NCBI GenBank assembly: GCA_964016885.1
Contig: OZ024753.1
Location: forward strand, 11,036,001 to 11,099,883
From: Eledone cirrhosa
Lineage: Eukaryota
Direction: 5' to 3'
Length of the DNA stretch: 63,883 nucleotides
Below are positions 1 to 13,464 of this stretch, one piece after another (the stretch's first letter is position 1; each line of letters starts with the position of its first letter). A program made the translations under genes and the position numbers. The notes below the pieces were generated by a model. The model searched no databases. It worked only from the letters and a program-made list of their open reading frames with translations, and had not been told where the DNA came from.

Positions 1-296
1 GACCTTATTTTTTCTTTAATTATAGAAGCGTCGCTAATGACATGTTTTCCTAAGTCATTCTAGTCTGTGACAAACTTCTATATAATGGTGAGGTGGTGGG
101 GAAGAAATTCTTTTAGTGATATGGAAAGTTGCTTATAGGACTTAAAGTAGCTGACCCCTGAAATAGAAATTCTTGCTGGTGGTACCATTAATTCTCAGAG
201 CATTAAATTATATATACGAAATATCCAGGAAGATAAGATAAGATACGAGAGAGATTATTTATTATAACACGCGCGCACATATATATAACTATCTAT

Positions 297-550
297 CTAA
301 GGCGGGTAAAATTCCCGAGATCCATGGACGAGTTCTCTCCAGCGGTCTCTGTCCCTCATTATCGCTGTCATGTCCTGCATCTCCAACAGACAAGTGTCTG
401 TCCTTAGGGCATCAACATACGTTAACCTTGGTCTTCCTCTTCTAGTGTGTCCATGTAGGGGCTCCCAAAGGAGCACTGAGTGCAGTGTCAACTCTGGATG
501 TCGGTGAGCATGTCCAGCTAACCTCAGTCTCCTCTGTGTCACTTTTGAGC
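297..550 (-). mobile_element. RTE-clade LINE, 3' end of ORF2 (5'-truncated)
   Basis: Translation [15 protein letters not shown]...[17 protein letters not shown]...MRDRDRWR is a typical RTE C-terminus; a near-identical copy lies on + at 54874-55140. Confidence 0.85.
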
Positions 551-686
551 CGGCTCAGAGCAGGAGAGTTAGGGCGAAAAAGGTATCGGATGCTGAATTT
601 GCCGACGACATAGTTTTGGTGACAAATACAGTGAAGGAGGCAGAGACTGTGTCGATGAGTGTGGGGCTGAGAATGAATGAGACTAA
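550..686 (+). mobile_element. Inverted RT-core fragment (FADD motif) fused head-to-head to the RTE 3' end
   Basis: Frame from 550 reads PAQSRRVRAKKVSDAEFADDIVLVTNTVKEAETVSMSVGLRMNET, with FADD at 598-609; not in the ORF track. Confidence 0.75.
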
Positions 687-962
687 TATATATATATAGT
701 GTGTGTAGGTGGTTCAGTGAATTACTGGTGTTGATACCAAACCAAACACTGAACACAGACAGAGTGGGTATATTAGAGAAAAACGAGGAATTTTCGTTTG
801 CACGTAAAAGATATTCATTGTGTATCGACCCGTTACGCGCGTTTCGCTGAGGATTGGCTCAAGGTCACCCATAGGAGTTATGAACCCGACTCCACTATCG
901 ATTATCGATCTGCTGTACAGACTGGCGATGTGACAAAAATAAAAAAAGGTGTTATCTCGTTA

Positions 963-2450
963 ATGGTGTGGTGTGGTGTGGTGTGGTGTGGTGTGGTGTG
1001 GTGCGGTGTGGTGTGGTGCGGTGTGGTGGGTGCGGTGCGGTTCGGTGCGGTGCGGTGCGGTGCGGTGCGGTGTGGTGTGGTGCGGTGTGGTGGGTGCGGT
1101 GTGGTGTGGTGTGGTGCGGTGCGGTGCGGTGCGGTGCGGTGCGGTGTGGTGTGGTGCGGTGCGGTGTGGTGCGGTGTGGTGTGGTGTGGTGTGGTGTGGT
1201 GTGGTGTGGTGTGGTATGGTGTGGTGTGGTGTGGTGTGGTGTGGTGTGGTGTGGTGTGGTGCGGTATGGTGTGGTGTGGTGCGGTATGGTATGGTATGGT
1301 GTGGTGTGGTGCGGTATGGTGTGGTGTGGTGTGGTGTGGTGCGGTATGGTGTGGTGTGGTGCGGTATGGTGTGGTGCGGTATGGTGTGGTGTGGTGTGGT
1401 GTGGTGCGGTATGGTGTGGTGTGGTGCGGTATGGTGTGGTGTGGTGTGGTATGGTGTGGTGCGGTATGGTGTGGTGTGGTGTGGTGTGGTGCGGTATGGT
1501 GTGGTGTGGTGCGGTATGGTGTGGTGTGGTGCGGTATGGTGTGGTATGGTATGGTATGGTATGGTATGGTATGGTGTGGTGTGGTGTGGTGTGGTGCGGT
1601 ATGGTGTGGTGTGGTGTGGTGTGGTGTGGTGTGGTGTGGTATGGTGTGGTGTGGTGTGGTGTGGTGCGGTATGGTGTGGTATGGTATGGTATGGTGTGGT
1701 GTGGTGTGGTGTGGTGCGGTATGGTGTGGTGTGGTGCGGTATGGTGTGGTGTGGTGTGGTGTGGTGCGGTATGGTGTGGTGTGGTGCGGTATGGTGTGGT
1801 GCGGTATGGTGTGGTGTGGTGTGGTGCGGTATGGTGTGGTGTGGTGCGGTATGGTGTGGTATGGTATGGTATGGTATGGTATGGTATGGTGTGGTGTGGT
1901 ATGGTATGGTGTGGTGTGGTATGGTATGGTATGGTGTGGTGTGGTGTGGTGCGGTATGGTGTGGTGTGGTGCGGTATGGTATGGTGTGGTGTGGTGTGGT
2001 GTGGTGCGGTATGGTGTGGTATGGTGTGGTGTGGTGCGGTATGGTGTGGTGTGGTATGTTATAGTAGGGTATGGTATGGTATGGTGTGGTGTGGTGTGGT
2101 GTGGTGCGGTATGGTGTGGTATGGTATGGTATGGTGTGGTATGATATACTATGGTGTGGTGTGGTGTGGTATGATATACTATGGTGTGGTGTGGTGTGGT
2201 GTGGTATCATATACTATGGTGTGGTATGATATACTATGGTATGGTATGGTGTGGTATGATATACTATGGTGTGGTATGGTGTGGTATGATATACTATGGT
2301 GTGGTATGGTGTGGTATGATATACTATGGTGTGGTATGGTATGGTATGGTGTGGTGTGGTGTGGTATGGTGTGGTGTGGTATGATATACTATGGTGTGGT
2401 ATGATATACTATGGTGTGGTATGATATACTATGGTGTGGTGTGGTATGCT
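963..2450. repeat. Pentanucleotide satellite (GGTGT/GGTGC/GGTAT)n
   Basis: 5-bp periodicity over ~1.5 kb; variant composition changes left to right. Confidence 0.97.
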
Positions 2451-3428
2451 ATGGCGTCGTAACTCCCGGAGGAGTCCTGCCTAGAAACACCGTATTGACA
2501 ATTAGTCCGAAGAGCAGATAGATCGTGATATATGAGGGATTTTACACTTATTCGTAAGGTTTAGAAAAAATAGTCTTATCCTATTTAAGTATGTATTACA
2601 GGCCTGTATTCTATTGATAGTATCCCTTTACAGTTTTGATTCATTAGAATCCGGCTACTGTACTGAATCCTTCTCCTGTGTTGCTTTTATTCGTTGACGT
2701 TTCGCATGAGGGGACATGCACACACACACGCACGCACACGCACACACATGCACGCACATGTATATATAATAATTCAAATTAAAAGATATATGTATATGAA
2801 TATAGAGAAAGAGCGATATATAGTTTGAGAAACATGGTATTTTGTACATATATATATATAAAGCACATAACATTTAGGAAGAAATACACAATTTACCGTT
2901 AATAATGGTTTCTGATATAGGAACAAGGCCAGCAATTTTGAGGGAGGGGAAAGTCGATTAAATCGACCCCAGTGCGTGACTGGTACTTTATTTTATCGAC
3001 TGCGTAAGGACCGGAAATTTGCCGTTAATGATAAAACTAAACAGTTTGATATATAGCTAAAATCTTTTTATACATTTAATGTTTCAACATTTCTAGTTAA
3101 ATCAAAGTTTTTTCCGTGGTTATTCTTCGTGTGTCAGGCAACCCTCCCAGCTGCAATAATAGATAAGAGAGACATTTCATAATTGGCAGGAGACGATAAT
3201 TAGGAAGTGGTCTCCCGCAGTTGTAAAAATAGATTTTCTCCATAATTCCTATTCAAGCATCAATAGAAACAGGTAGCTTTAAGATATTAAAATAACAGAG
3301 ATGTCCTTTTTATAAAACGACGTGTGTAAGATCTTGTACGCCCCCAACTGTTTGGAAACCGGGCAATAAAAACAATAGTCTTATGGAGAAAATGTCTTTT
3401 TTTTTATCACTCAGTTAGGAGGAAATTT

Positions 3429-4630
3429 GTGCGCCCATTATCCATTTCAGGGGTTTCCCAGAGTGGTAGCATGGAATGAGGGGTAGTGCCCATTATATAT
3501 TTCAGGGGTTTCCCAGAGTGGTATGAAATGAGGGGGAGTGCCCATTATCCATTTCAGGGGTTTCCCAGAGTGGTATGAAATGAGGGGGAGTGCCCATTAT
3601 CCATTTCAGGGGTTTCCCAGAGTGGTATGAAATGAGGGGGAGTGCCCATTATCCATTTCAGGGGTTTCCCAGAGTGGTATGAAATGAGAGGGAGTGCCCA
3701 TTATCCATTTCAGGGGTTTCCCAGAGTGGTATGAAATGAGAGGGAGTGCCCATTATCCATTTCAGGGGTTTCCCAGAGTGGTATGAAATGAGGGGGAGTG
3801 CCCATTATCCATTTCAGGGGTTTCCCAGAGTGGTATGAAATGAGAGGGAGTGCCCATTATCCATTTCAGGGGTTTCCCAGAGTGGTATGAAATGAGGGGG
3901 AGTGCCCATTATCCATTTCAGGGGTTTCCCAGAGTGGTATGAAATGAGAGGGAGTGCCCATTATCCATTTCAGGGGTTTCCCAGAGTGGTATGAAATGAG
4001 GGGGAGTGCCCATTATCCATTTCAGGGGTTTCCCAGAGTGGTATGAAATGAGAGGGAGTGCCCATTATCCATTTCAGGGGTTTCACAGAGTGGTATAAAA
4101 GGAGGGGTAGTGTCCATTATACATTTCAGGGGTTTCCAAGAGTGGTAGCATGGAATGAGGGGTAGTGCCCATTATATATTTCAGGGGCTTCCAAGAGTGG
4201 TATCAAAGGAGGGGTAGTGTCCATTATACATTTCAGGGGTTTCACAGAGTGGTATCAAAGGAGGGGTAGTGTCCATTATACATTTCAGGGGTTTCCAAGA
4301 GTGGTAGCATGAAATGAGGGGGAGTGCCCATTATCCATTTCAGGGGCTTCCAAGAGTAGTCTGAAAGGAGGGGTAGTGTCCATTATACATTTCAGGGGTT
4401 TCCAAGAGTGGTAGCATGGAATGAGGGGTAGCGCCCATTATATATTTCAGGGGCTTCCAAGAGTGGTATCAAAGGAGGGGTAGTGTCCATTATACATTTC
4501 AGGGGGTTTCAAGAGAGGTGGCATGGACGGAAGTATAGGGTCCATTATCCATTTCAGGGACTCCCAAAATAGGTAGCATAGAAGGAAGGGTCGTGCCCAT
4601 TGTATATTTCAAGGGCTTCCAAGAGAAGTA
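3429..4630. repeat. 52-bp minisatellite (about 22 copies; 55-bp variant units)
   Basis: Unit GTGCCCATTATCCATTTCAGGGGTTTCCCAGAGTGGTATGAAATGAGGGGGA, period 52 (3541 to 3593); homogeneous core, diverged ends. Confidence 0.95.
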
Positions 4631-4899
4631 GTATGGCAGGAGAGGGGTCAGGGGGTCAGGGGGAGTTGAAGGGAGAGGGAGAAGGGGAATGGAGAGGGGG
4701 AAGGAAGATGGAGAGGGACCTATTTAACAGCAAGCCATTTTACACATGCTAGAATCAGACTCTTGAGTATTAACATTAACAGCCATGAAACCTACAAAAC
4801 TGTGCCCTTGTAAAAAGCAATGAAATGTTGGGAGTCTAGGAAGACTCGAGCCGTTCTAGAAATAGCAGCCAAAATTGCTATAAAATCTTATATTACCAA

Positions 4900-5345
4900 G
4901 ATGATAACTGTCAATCTGGATGGCATCCCAAATGCTTTGGGGGGACTTGACGTTAGCAGGGGAAGAAGGAGGGGGGACGTCTACTGGGCTAAATCCCAGC
5001 TGGTCCCACGTCTCGCAGACGGCCTCATGTTCCCCGATCACAGAGGGTTCCATTGTGTTTTGGAGAACCTTGTTGACGAAGACGCGGCATGAGGTTACCG
5101 ACGAAAGAAACGCCGGCAAAGCCAGCGAGATCGGGGACCGGAGGGCCAAGACCACCGTATCTGACAGGTAAAGTGGCAAGTTGCCAGTCAATGGCGTCAA
5201 ACCTGACGTTGCATATCTCCTCGGGTGCCGCTCAGATACAAGTATCGAGGTCAGCGAGGAGAGAAGCGTGGCTATAGCACGGACCGCTGCGAAGGGTATA
5301 GAGGAGCTTCGGCATGGCGAAGCAGTTCCTCATAAAATTGAGACC
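4900..5345 (-). mobile_element. CRE-clade non-LTR retrotransposon fragment (post-RT region), frameshifted
   Basis: Minus-strand peptides RNCFAMPKLLYTLRSGPC, WQLATLPVRYGGLG and LALPAFLSS. Confidence 0.75.
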
Positions 5346-5374
5346 AATCTAATACAAACTATAATAATTTAATT

Positions 5375-6080
5375 CTGTCACAAATTGTAAATTTATATAA
5401 GTGATCATTGAGGCATTTAATTTCATTACTGAACTAGGGCTTGGTGAACACAACCACAGGGATGTGGTCCGAACGCGGAGGGGCCGAACTCCCACCGTCA
5501 TCGCCCTCATCTCTCTCGCACTCCCCATCTCTCCGTATGGTGAGCAAATGGGGTCCCACTTGCTGACCTCCCCACAGCCCCGGCGGACAGAATGGAGAAG
5601 GCGTTTCCCCGGCCGATGGTAAGGGAGATGCGCTGGAAGAGCCATTCTAACTCGCGAGGCGCACACCTGCGGCTGGCCAGCTCAGCGCCTATGGCGGTGA
5701 ATAGGGAGGTAGCTCTAGGGTCAAGGACACCAGAAGTCTCGACGAACCTGTCGGAGAGCGACCGGTACTTGGAGAGTTTGGCCTCCTCAGCCCGACGTGC
5801 AGCAGTACCTGGGTTAGACGCAGACTGCACCAGATTGCGGCTGGAGAAAGTGTCGCTGCAAGTGGCATCCCAGAGGAAGGGTTTGCCACCGCGGACGAAA
5901 CGGGAAGATGGTCATACCATCTGGCCTTTTGCTATCCCTTCGGTCCAGCCCCACCGGCTAGAGCTGGGAGGGGAAGCCTGCAGCGTCCAAGTCATGCTTT
6001 ATGACTTCGTTGAGGGCAGCATGGTGTGGAAGGGGAAGGCGGCCGGCACTGTGGGGACAGGAAAGCAGGTGGAGGCCGAA
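5375..6080 (-). mobile_element. CRE-clade retrotransposon restriction-like endonuclease and 3' end
   Basis: HHAALNEVI...LEPVGLDRRDSKRPDGMTIFP...LWDATCSDTF...AEEAKLSKY...VETSG...WLFQRISLTIGRGNA, a PD-(D/E)xK RLE domain. Confidence 0.85.
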
Positions 6081-6404
6081 AGAGTAATATTTCTTTAGTA
6101 TTATTCACTACTTCAACTAATGATAAAGTAACTGTTAATGTTGTATTCGTAGATAATACTTAAAGACTATGACAACTGAAACGTTATTTTGAATATGGAC
6201 TAGACTGCAGGCCCGGGGTTGACCCCCCGAGGCCCACTAAAATACAACAGAAAATTAATAATCACCAAAATTGATTGTCGTTATCATTGACCTGATAGGG
6301 CGAGGGGGAGGTGAAGGTTTTCTTTATAAGGACTCTGTTCTATTTATACTCGGTAAGTTTTGGAAGGGACACTCGTACATATCTATTTCATTGAAGCGAG
6401 TTGA

Positions 6405-6435
<31 letters not shown>

Positions 6436-7089
6436 ATATATTATATATATATACATATAGATATAGTACAAGCGTTTTGTTACATTGTACTAGAGGTACA
6501 TACAATATATATCTCTCCTCTCTCTCTATATATATATATAGAGAGAGAGAGAGATAGAGAGAGGGGGGATAGAAAGAGAGAGAGGGGGATAGAGAGAGAG
6601 AGAGAGAGGGGGATAGAGAGAGAGAGGGGGATAGAGAGAGAGAAAGGGATAGAGAGAGGGTGGAGGAGAATGGTTAAGAGAGGGAGGAGTTGAGAATATT
6701 AAGGTCCCATATGCGATGTGTAAAAGAATTGAAAGCGATTAATCTTCAGTGTAGGGCCCCACGGTCTAACCCCCACCTCACACCACACTAACCCTCATAC
6801 ACACGTCCTCACATACCCCCACCCCCTCTCCACACACGCCCTCACACTCACCCCCCTCACACCCACCCACACACACGTCCTCACACCCCCTCAAACACAC
6901 CCCCTCACACCCTAACACACACACGTCCTCACCCCCCCAGACAATGCCCCCCAGCCCCCGCCTCTCTATATTACACGCTGGGTTTCCAGATGAAATAATG
7001 CTATGTATTAATAAATGCGATAGAAGAAAGGCAGCTTATTTACAGTTCCCTTGGTGAATAGAATTACAGGGGAATCTAATAACTCAACT

Positions 7090-8110
7090 TCCACCACCAC
7101 TACCACCACCACTACCACCACCACCACTACTACCACCACAGCCACCACTACTACTACCACCACCATCACCACCATCACCACCACTACCACTATTACTACC
7201 AACACTATTACTAATACTACCACCACCACTACCACCACCACCACCACTACTACTACCACTGTTACTACCAACACTATTACTAATACTACCACCACCACTA
7301 CTACTACCACTACTACTACCACCACCACCACTACTACCACCACCACCACCACCACCACTACCACCACCACCACTACTACCACTATTACTACCAACACTAT
7401 TTACTAATACTACCACCACCACTACTACTACCACCACCACTACAACTACCACCACCACCACCACCACTACCAACACTATTACTAATACTACTACCACCAC
7501 CACTACTACTACCACCATTACTATCAACACTATTACTAATACTACCACCACCACTACAACTACCACCATTACTATCAACACTATTACTAATACTACCACC
7601 ACCACTACCACCACCACTACCACTACTACCACTACTACTACCACCACCACCACTATTACTACCAACACTATTACTAATACTACTACCACCACCACTACTA
7701 CTACCACCATTACTATCAACACTATTACTAATAATACCACCACCACTACAACTACCACCACCATTACTATCAACACTATTACTAATAATACCACCACCAC
7801 TACAACTACCACCACCACTACTACTACTACCACCACTACTACTACCAACACTATTACTAATACTGCTACCACCACCACCACTACTACCAACACTATTAGC
7901 ACCACCAACACCACCACTACCACTATTACTAACAACACTCCCACTAATACTATTGCTACTACTAACACTAATAAGCACCATCATCATCAATACCACTACC
8001 ACTATTAGCACCAACGCTAAAACTACCACCACTACCACCACTACTGGGAACACTACCACCACCACCACCACTAACACTACTACCACTACCACCATCATCA
8101 TCATCACCAC
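7090..8110. repeat. (ACC/ACT)n trinucleotide tract
   Basis: Direct inspection; source of the poly-T, poly-V and GS ORFs. Confidence 0.95.
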
Positions 8111-8189
8111 ACCACCACAACTATAGCCAGAACTGACAACAGCAATTGCAACAATAACACCATTCTAATAATTGTCTAACATTAATGAT

Positions 8190-9170
8190 TTTCGGCATAG
8201 AGTTATGGCCCTTTACGATCTGAATTCAAATCCCGCCGTGGCTAACTTTGTCTTTCATCCTTACCGGGTGGATAAAATAAAGTACCAGTAATACACTGGC
8301 GTAATTGCTGGCCTTGTGCCAAAAGTAGTAACAAATAATTATTTCTTACATTGGTAGAAGGCCAACCATTTGGGAGAAAGGAAAAAGTTGATTATATCAA
8401 CCCAAGTACATAACTGGTACTTTATTTCATTGATCCTAGAAGTTGACTTCGCCAAGATTTGAACTCAATGTAATGAGCCGGAACAATCACTGCAAGGTAC
8501 CTTACTCTAACAATTCTGCCAATCTGCAAACCTAACAAGAATAGTAATTGTTTCTACCTTTGGCACAAGGCCAGCAATTACCCCAGTGTATTACTGGTAC
8601 TTTATTTTATTGACAGCGTAAAGAGGAGAAAACAGGTAAGCCAGCCTCGGTGGGATTTGAAATCGGTACGTTAAGGGCCATAACTCTATGCCGCAAGCAT
8701 GGTATCCGACGCTCTATCAACCGATACTGTAAGGACGAAAAGCAAAGTTGACTTCGGCGGGATGATTTGAACTCAAAACGTAAAGGGCCGCAACCCCGTG
8801 CTGCAAATCATGGTGTCTGACTGACGCTCTACCGATACTGCCAAACCATTAATGTTATAGACAATTATTAGAATTGTGTTATTGCTGCAATTGCTGTTGT
8901 CAGTGCTGGCTATAGTTGTGGTGGTCTGGTGATGATGATGATGATGATGGTATTAACACAGACCGTAAAGGGCCGTAACTCTATGCTGCAAGGTATGGTA
9001 TCCGACGCTCTACCGATACTGCCAAAGCACCGCAACAACAACAATAATTGTTTCTACTTTTTGGCACAAGGCCACCAAATTACTCCAGTGTATTACTGGT
9101 ACTTTATTTTATCGACCCCCGTAAGGATGAAAGGCAAAGTTAACCTCGGCGGGATTCGAACTCAGAATGG
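8190..9170. mobile_element. Cluster of tRNA-derived SINE copies, both orientations
   Basis: B box GAGTTCAAATC, core GCCTTTCATCCTTACGGGGTCGATAAAATAAAGTACCAG, tail GCTGGCCTTGTGCCAAAAGTAGAAACAATTATT; resembles octopus SINEs. Confidence 0.9.
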
Positions 9171-9195
9171 AGCAATATCGGACCAGTACCAGCTA

Positions 9196-11550
9196 CGATA
9201 ACAACAGCAACAGCAACAACAACAGCAGCAACAACAACAACAACAGCAACAGCAACAACAGCAACAGCAACAACAACAGCAGCAACAGTAGCAGCAACAG
9301 TAGCAGCAACAATAACAGCAGCAACAATAACAGCAGCAACAACAACAACAATAACAGCAACACAATAGCAAAACAAAGTTGGGGTGAGCGGTAGTTCTCT
9401 TAATGTGTGTGTGTGTGTGTGTGTATGAGTGAGTGTGAGTTTATGAGTGAGTGTGAGTGAGTGAATGAATGAGTTGTTGTGAGTGAATGCGTGAGTGAGT
9501 GAGTGTGTGTGTATGAGTGTGTGTGACTGTGTGTGTGTGAGTGAGTGTGTGTGTATGAGTGTGTGTGACTGTGTGTGTGTGAGTGAGTGAGTGTGTAAGT
9601 TAGTGAATGAGTGTGTGAGTGAGTGTGTGAATGAGTGTGTGAGTGTGTGAGTGAGTGTGTGAGTGAGTGAGTGAGTGTGTGAGTGAGTGTGTGAGTGAGT
9701 GTGTGAGTGAGAGTGAGTGAGTGAGTGCATGTCAGAGTGAGTGAGTGTGTCAGTGTATGTGTGTGTCAGTATGTCGGTGTGTGAGTGCTCGTGTGTGTGG
9801 AAAGGTAGAGTAGGGGGGGGGGACATAAATTTAATTAAGCCGTCCCCAAGGGATCAATCTAATAATCGATATCCTAATATGCTGATAGCTTATCAATAAA
9901 TCCCTATAAAATACCAAAAATGAAGGAAAAATAAAGAAAAACAAAAGAAGAAGGTATTTGGGTCTCGCAGAGTTTTTGATGCATTTTCCTAATTCCTTCC
10001 ATCCCTGGTTTGTGTGGTGCCTTGTTGTTGTTGTTGGTATTGTTGTTGTTATTGATTTTATTTATTGGCCACAAGGGCCGACATGTGATTATTATTATTA
10101 TCATCATCATCACTGTTATTGTTAGTTATTGTTGTTGTTGTTGTTGTTCGCCTTTGAAATGAAATTGAATGAAAAAAAATGACCATCAAAAAGACGAGGG
10201 CCACAGCAATGTTTTGTATAGGAGGTGGTGGTAGTGGTGGGGTGGTAGTGGTGGTGGTGGTAGTGGTGGTAGTGGTGGTGGTGGTGGTGGTAGTGGTGGT
10301 GGTGGTGGTAGTGGTGTGGTGATAGTGGTCGTGGTGGTGGTGGTGTGATAGTAGTAGTAGTGGTGGTGGTGTGATAGTAGTAGTAGTGGTGGTGGCGGTG
10401 GTGGTTGTAGTAGTGGTGGTAGCGATGGTAGTGGTGGTGGTGGTAGTAGTGGTGGTGATAGTAGTGGTGGTGGTGGTAGTGGTGGTGGTGGTAGTGGTGG
10501 TGGTGATAGTGGTGGTAGTGGTGGTGATAATGGTGGAAGTGGTGGTGTTGTGGGCGATGATGGTAGCATTGTTGGTAGTGGTGTTATTGTTGTTGATGGT
10601 GGTGGTGATAGAAAAGGTGGTAGTGGTGGTAGTATTAAAGGTGGTAGTAAATGTGCTGGTATTAAAGATGGTGGTGGCGATGGTAGTGGTCGTGGTGGTA
10701 AAGGTGATAGTGGTGCTAGTATTAAAGGTGGTGGTAGTGGTCGTGGTGGTAAAGGTGATAGTAGTGGTGGTAGTGGTCGTGGTGGTAAAGGTGATAGTAG
10801 TGGTGGTAGTGGTGTGAATGATAGAAAAATTCTAAACAGGTTTTCCTTAATCAGAACAACCAAGGTCCATTCCCCTTTCATCAGTGTCACCATCTGCCTA
10901 TGATTCATATTCGTTGGCAATGGTTAGGAATTCATTTTGGAAATGGAAAAAAATGTGATGAAGAAAAATTACACCACATTAACACGCGAACCCACACACG
11001 CATGCGCACACTGACATACACAAATACACAGACATACCGCCCCCATGCATATACACACTGACACACACATACATGCCACCCTAGATGCATGCACGCACTG
11101 ACATACAAATACACACACATCGTTCTACATACGCTTGCACACACTGTCATACACAAATACACAGACATACCGCCCCCCATGCATATACACACTGGCACAC
11201 ACATACATCCCACCCTACATGCATGCATGCACGCACTGACATACAAATACATACACATCGCTCTACATACGCTTGCACACACTGACATACACAAATACAC
11301 ACACACATCGCTCCCCTCACGCATACACACACTGACATACATCCACCCTCACACGCATGAGCACACTAACATACACAAACATGCACACACTGACATACAT
11401 AAATACGCACATCCCCTTACACACGCATGCACACAGTGACATACGCATGCACACATGCACATCCCGCCATACACGCATGCACACACTGACAAACACAAAC
11501 ACACACGCATCCAACCCCCACACACACCCATGTACATACGGACAAACACA
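9196..11550. repeat. Mixed simple repeats: (CAA/CAG)n, (TG/TGAG)n, (GGT/AGT)n, CA-rich
   Basis: Tracts at about 9196-9362, 9403-9800, 10222-10815 and 10980-11550. Confidence 0.9.
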
Positions 11551-11599
11551 AATGTACCAAATAGGATGTAGTAAAACCTAGGTATTAGGGATCAAATCT

Positions 11600-13000
11600 T
11601 GTTCTAGTCCAGTTTGTACTTAGCGAAGGGTTTTAGAACCTTCTGTTTGCAATTAAATATCCTATTGTGCCGGGAATTTAGAAGGCCCTTTCTGGCTGCT
11701 ATTTCAATTACCTCCGCCAAACATAGTTCACAGGGACGTCTTTCATTCCGGTACAGACGGGGAAATTTTAGCACGGACCACTGTAGTGTGTATTCATTAT
11801 TAGGGAGTTTCAGATCTCAGAATTTTTTCGCCAGGGCCATAGATCTAGATAAACTGGGGTTTTTAAATGTGTGGGTGTGTACGTACCATCTTTTCTTAAA
11901 AATATTCGAAGTAAAGCCCATATATTTATATATCCCAGTTTAGATTTTACCACATATTGATAAATGATATTTTTGTACAAGCATTTACCCGATAGAGGGC
12001 AATTGCTGGGATTTCTGCAGTTGCAGTTTGTCCATGTCTAGTGTGTGTTATTCCGGGTATTTTGTTGTTGCTCTGGATATGCGTGCAAAGTGGAAGAGAC
12101 GTTGGTACTTGCGGGTGCCGGTCTGCTGTGCTGGAGGCTGTGGATGTTGCTGAGAGTTCAGATTATGTCCGGGTATCTGTTGGCTGTTGGTATTGCCATA
12201 CCTGCGGAGGCGTTTGTTATTCAATTTCAGGATGAAATTGCCCAGGTTAGCTGTGTTGGAATCGGATAGTCGGATCGTGCCTCTATTTAGTATTTTAAGG
12301 AAATTGTGTGTTGGAGGAAAGTGTTCGTCTATAAGTTTGAAGAAGACGTATGATAGCTTAGTAGGTACCAGAACGTTGTGTGGGGCATTATACCATAGGT
12401 ATGATTTTCTGCGGGACCTCCTTGGTGTTTTCTTATTTATAGTATTATTATTTGTTTCGCCATTGTGGGGCTTTGAGCTGTTGATATTTAAATTTGCAAA
12501 TTTTGTGTGGTATGCTTGTGATGTTTTGCTATTGGTGTGGATGGATTTTTCCCCGGCATGGTGTATCTGGAAGAAATTTTAGTGGTTCATCATAACCGGC
12601 CTTAAGTAGAGTAGCGTTGTAGTAGTCCACGTGTGTGTTGAAAGAGGAATCAGAGGCAGACAATCTGGAGATCCTAAGGCATACATTTTTAACAATGAAG
12701 TTAGTGATAGTCCTAGGATGTTTAGACCAACGATTAACATAGTTTAAGTTATCATTAGATTTATGGAAGGGTTCCTATATGCTGGAGTTAAGGTCGAAAG
12801 TCACATCTAAAAAGTTGATGCGTTTAAGGTTATGGTCAAAAGATATTTTAAGGCCCATGCATTGAAAGAAGGATCTAATAGCTTCCCTTCTTCTTTCTAA
12901 TTGCTGACCCCGTTGAAGTTCTTAACGAGTAGGAGAGCATCATCTCTATATATACCTCCTTTGGGGGTCAGGGAATTCTAGATTTAACATGTGCATGAGA
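11600..13000 (-). mobile_element. Penelope-like element (PLE), decayed: RT C-terminal half + GIY-YIG endonuclease
   Basis: GGIYRDDALL (YRDD at 12939-12950), INFLDVTFDL, RKSYLWYNAP...LIDEHFPP, CNCRNPSNCPLSGKCLYKNIIY...YMGFTSNIFKKRWYVH...CELCLAE...LLNSR; stops and frameshifts present; 5' end abuts (TA)n. Confidence 0.88.
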
Positions 13001-13014
13001 TACGTTCCTTCCTT

Positions 13015-13062
<48 letters not shown>

Positions 13063-13277
13063 GATAACAAAATATCGTTAAAGGTAATCCAGTTAGAGAT
13101 TGCGAATACTTCGTATTATGGATAGTTTTAGCGTACGGCATTGTTTGACTCAACAAGAGGTTTACGTAGGTGGCACTGCTTCAAGTGTTCAGCAATTTTT
13201 AGACAACTTAATCAGTAAAACAATTGTCAGACTGTAAATAAAACCCTTTTTTGTACTGTTGACCATGTTATTCTTCA

Positions 13278-13413
<136 letters not shown>

Positions 13414-13424
13414 GTTAGAGACAG

Positions 13425-13462
<38 letters not shown>

Positions 13463-13464
<2 letters not shown>

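Noticed and set aside
798-2404. Long VVWCG/HHTTP ORFs
   Set aside because: Translations of a 5-bp satellite, open in many frames on both strands.
3429-4630. Minisatellites (also 45003-45560, 56364-57221, 60985-61865) as CRISPR arrays
   Set aside because: Contiguous tandem units without unique spacers, no cas genes, eukaryotic context.
4625-4720. G-quadruplex-capable purine tract
   Set aside because: Low-complexity G/A runs are common here; no functional context.
10840-10890. Minus-strand CTGATGA as a hammerhead (also 27814, 33570, 41700, 59281)
   Set aside because: GAAA or stem I/II pairing missing; at best remnants.
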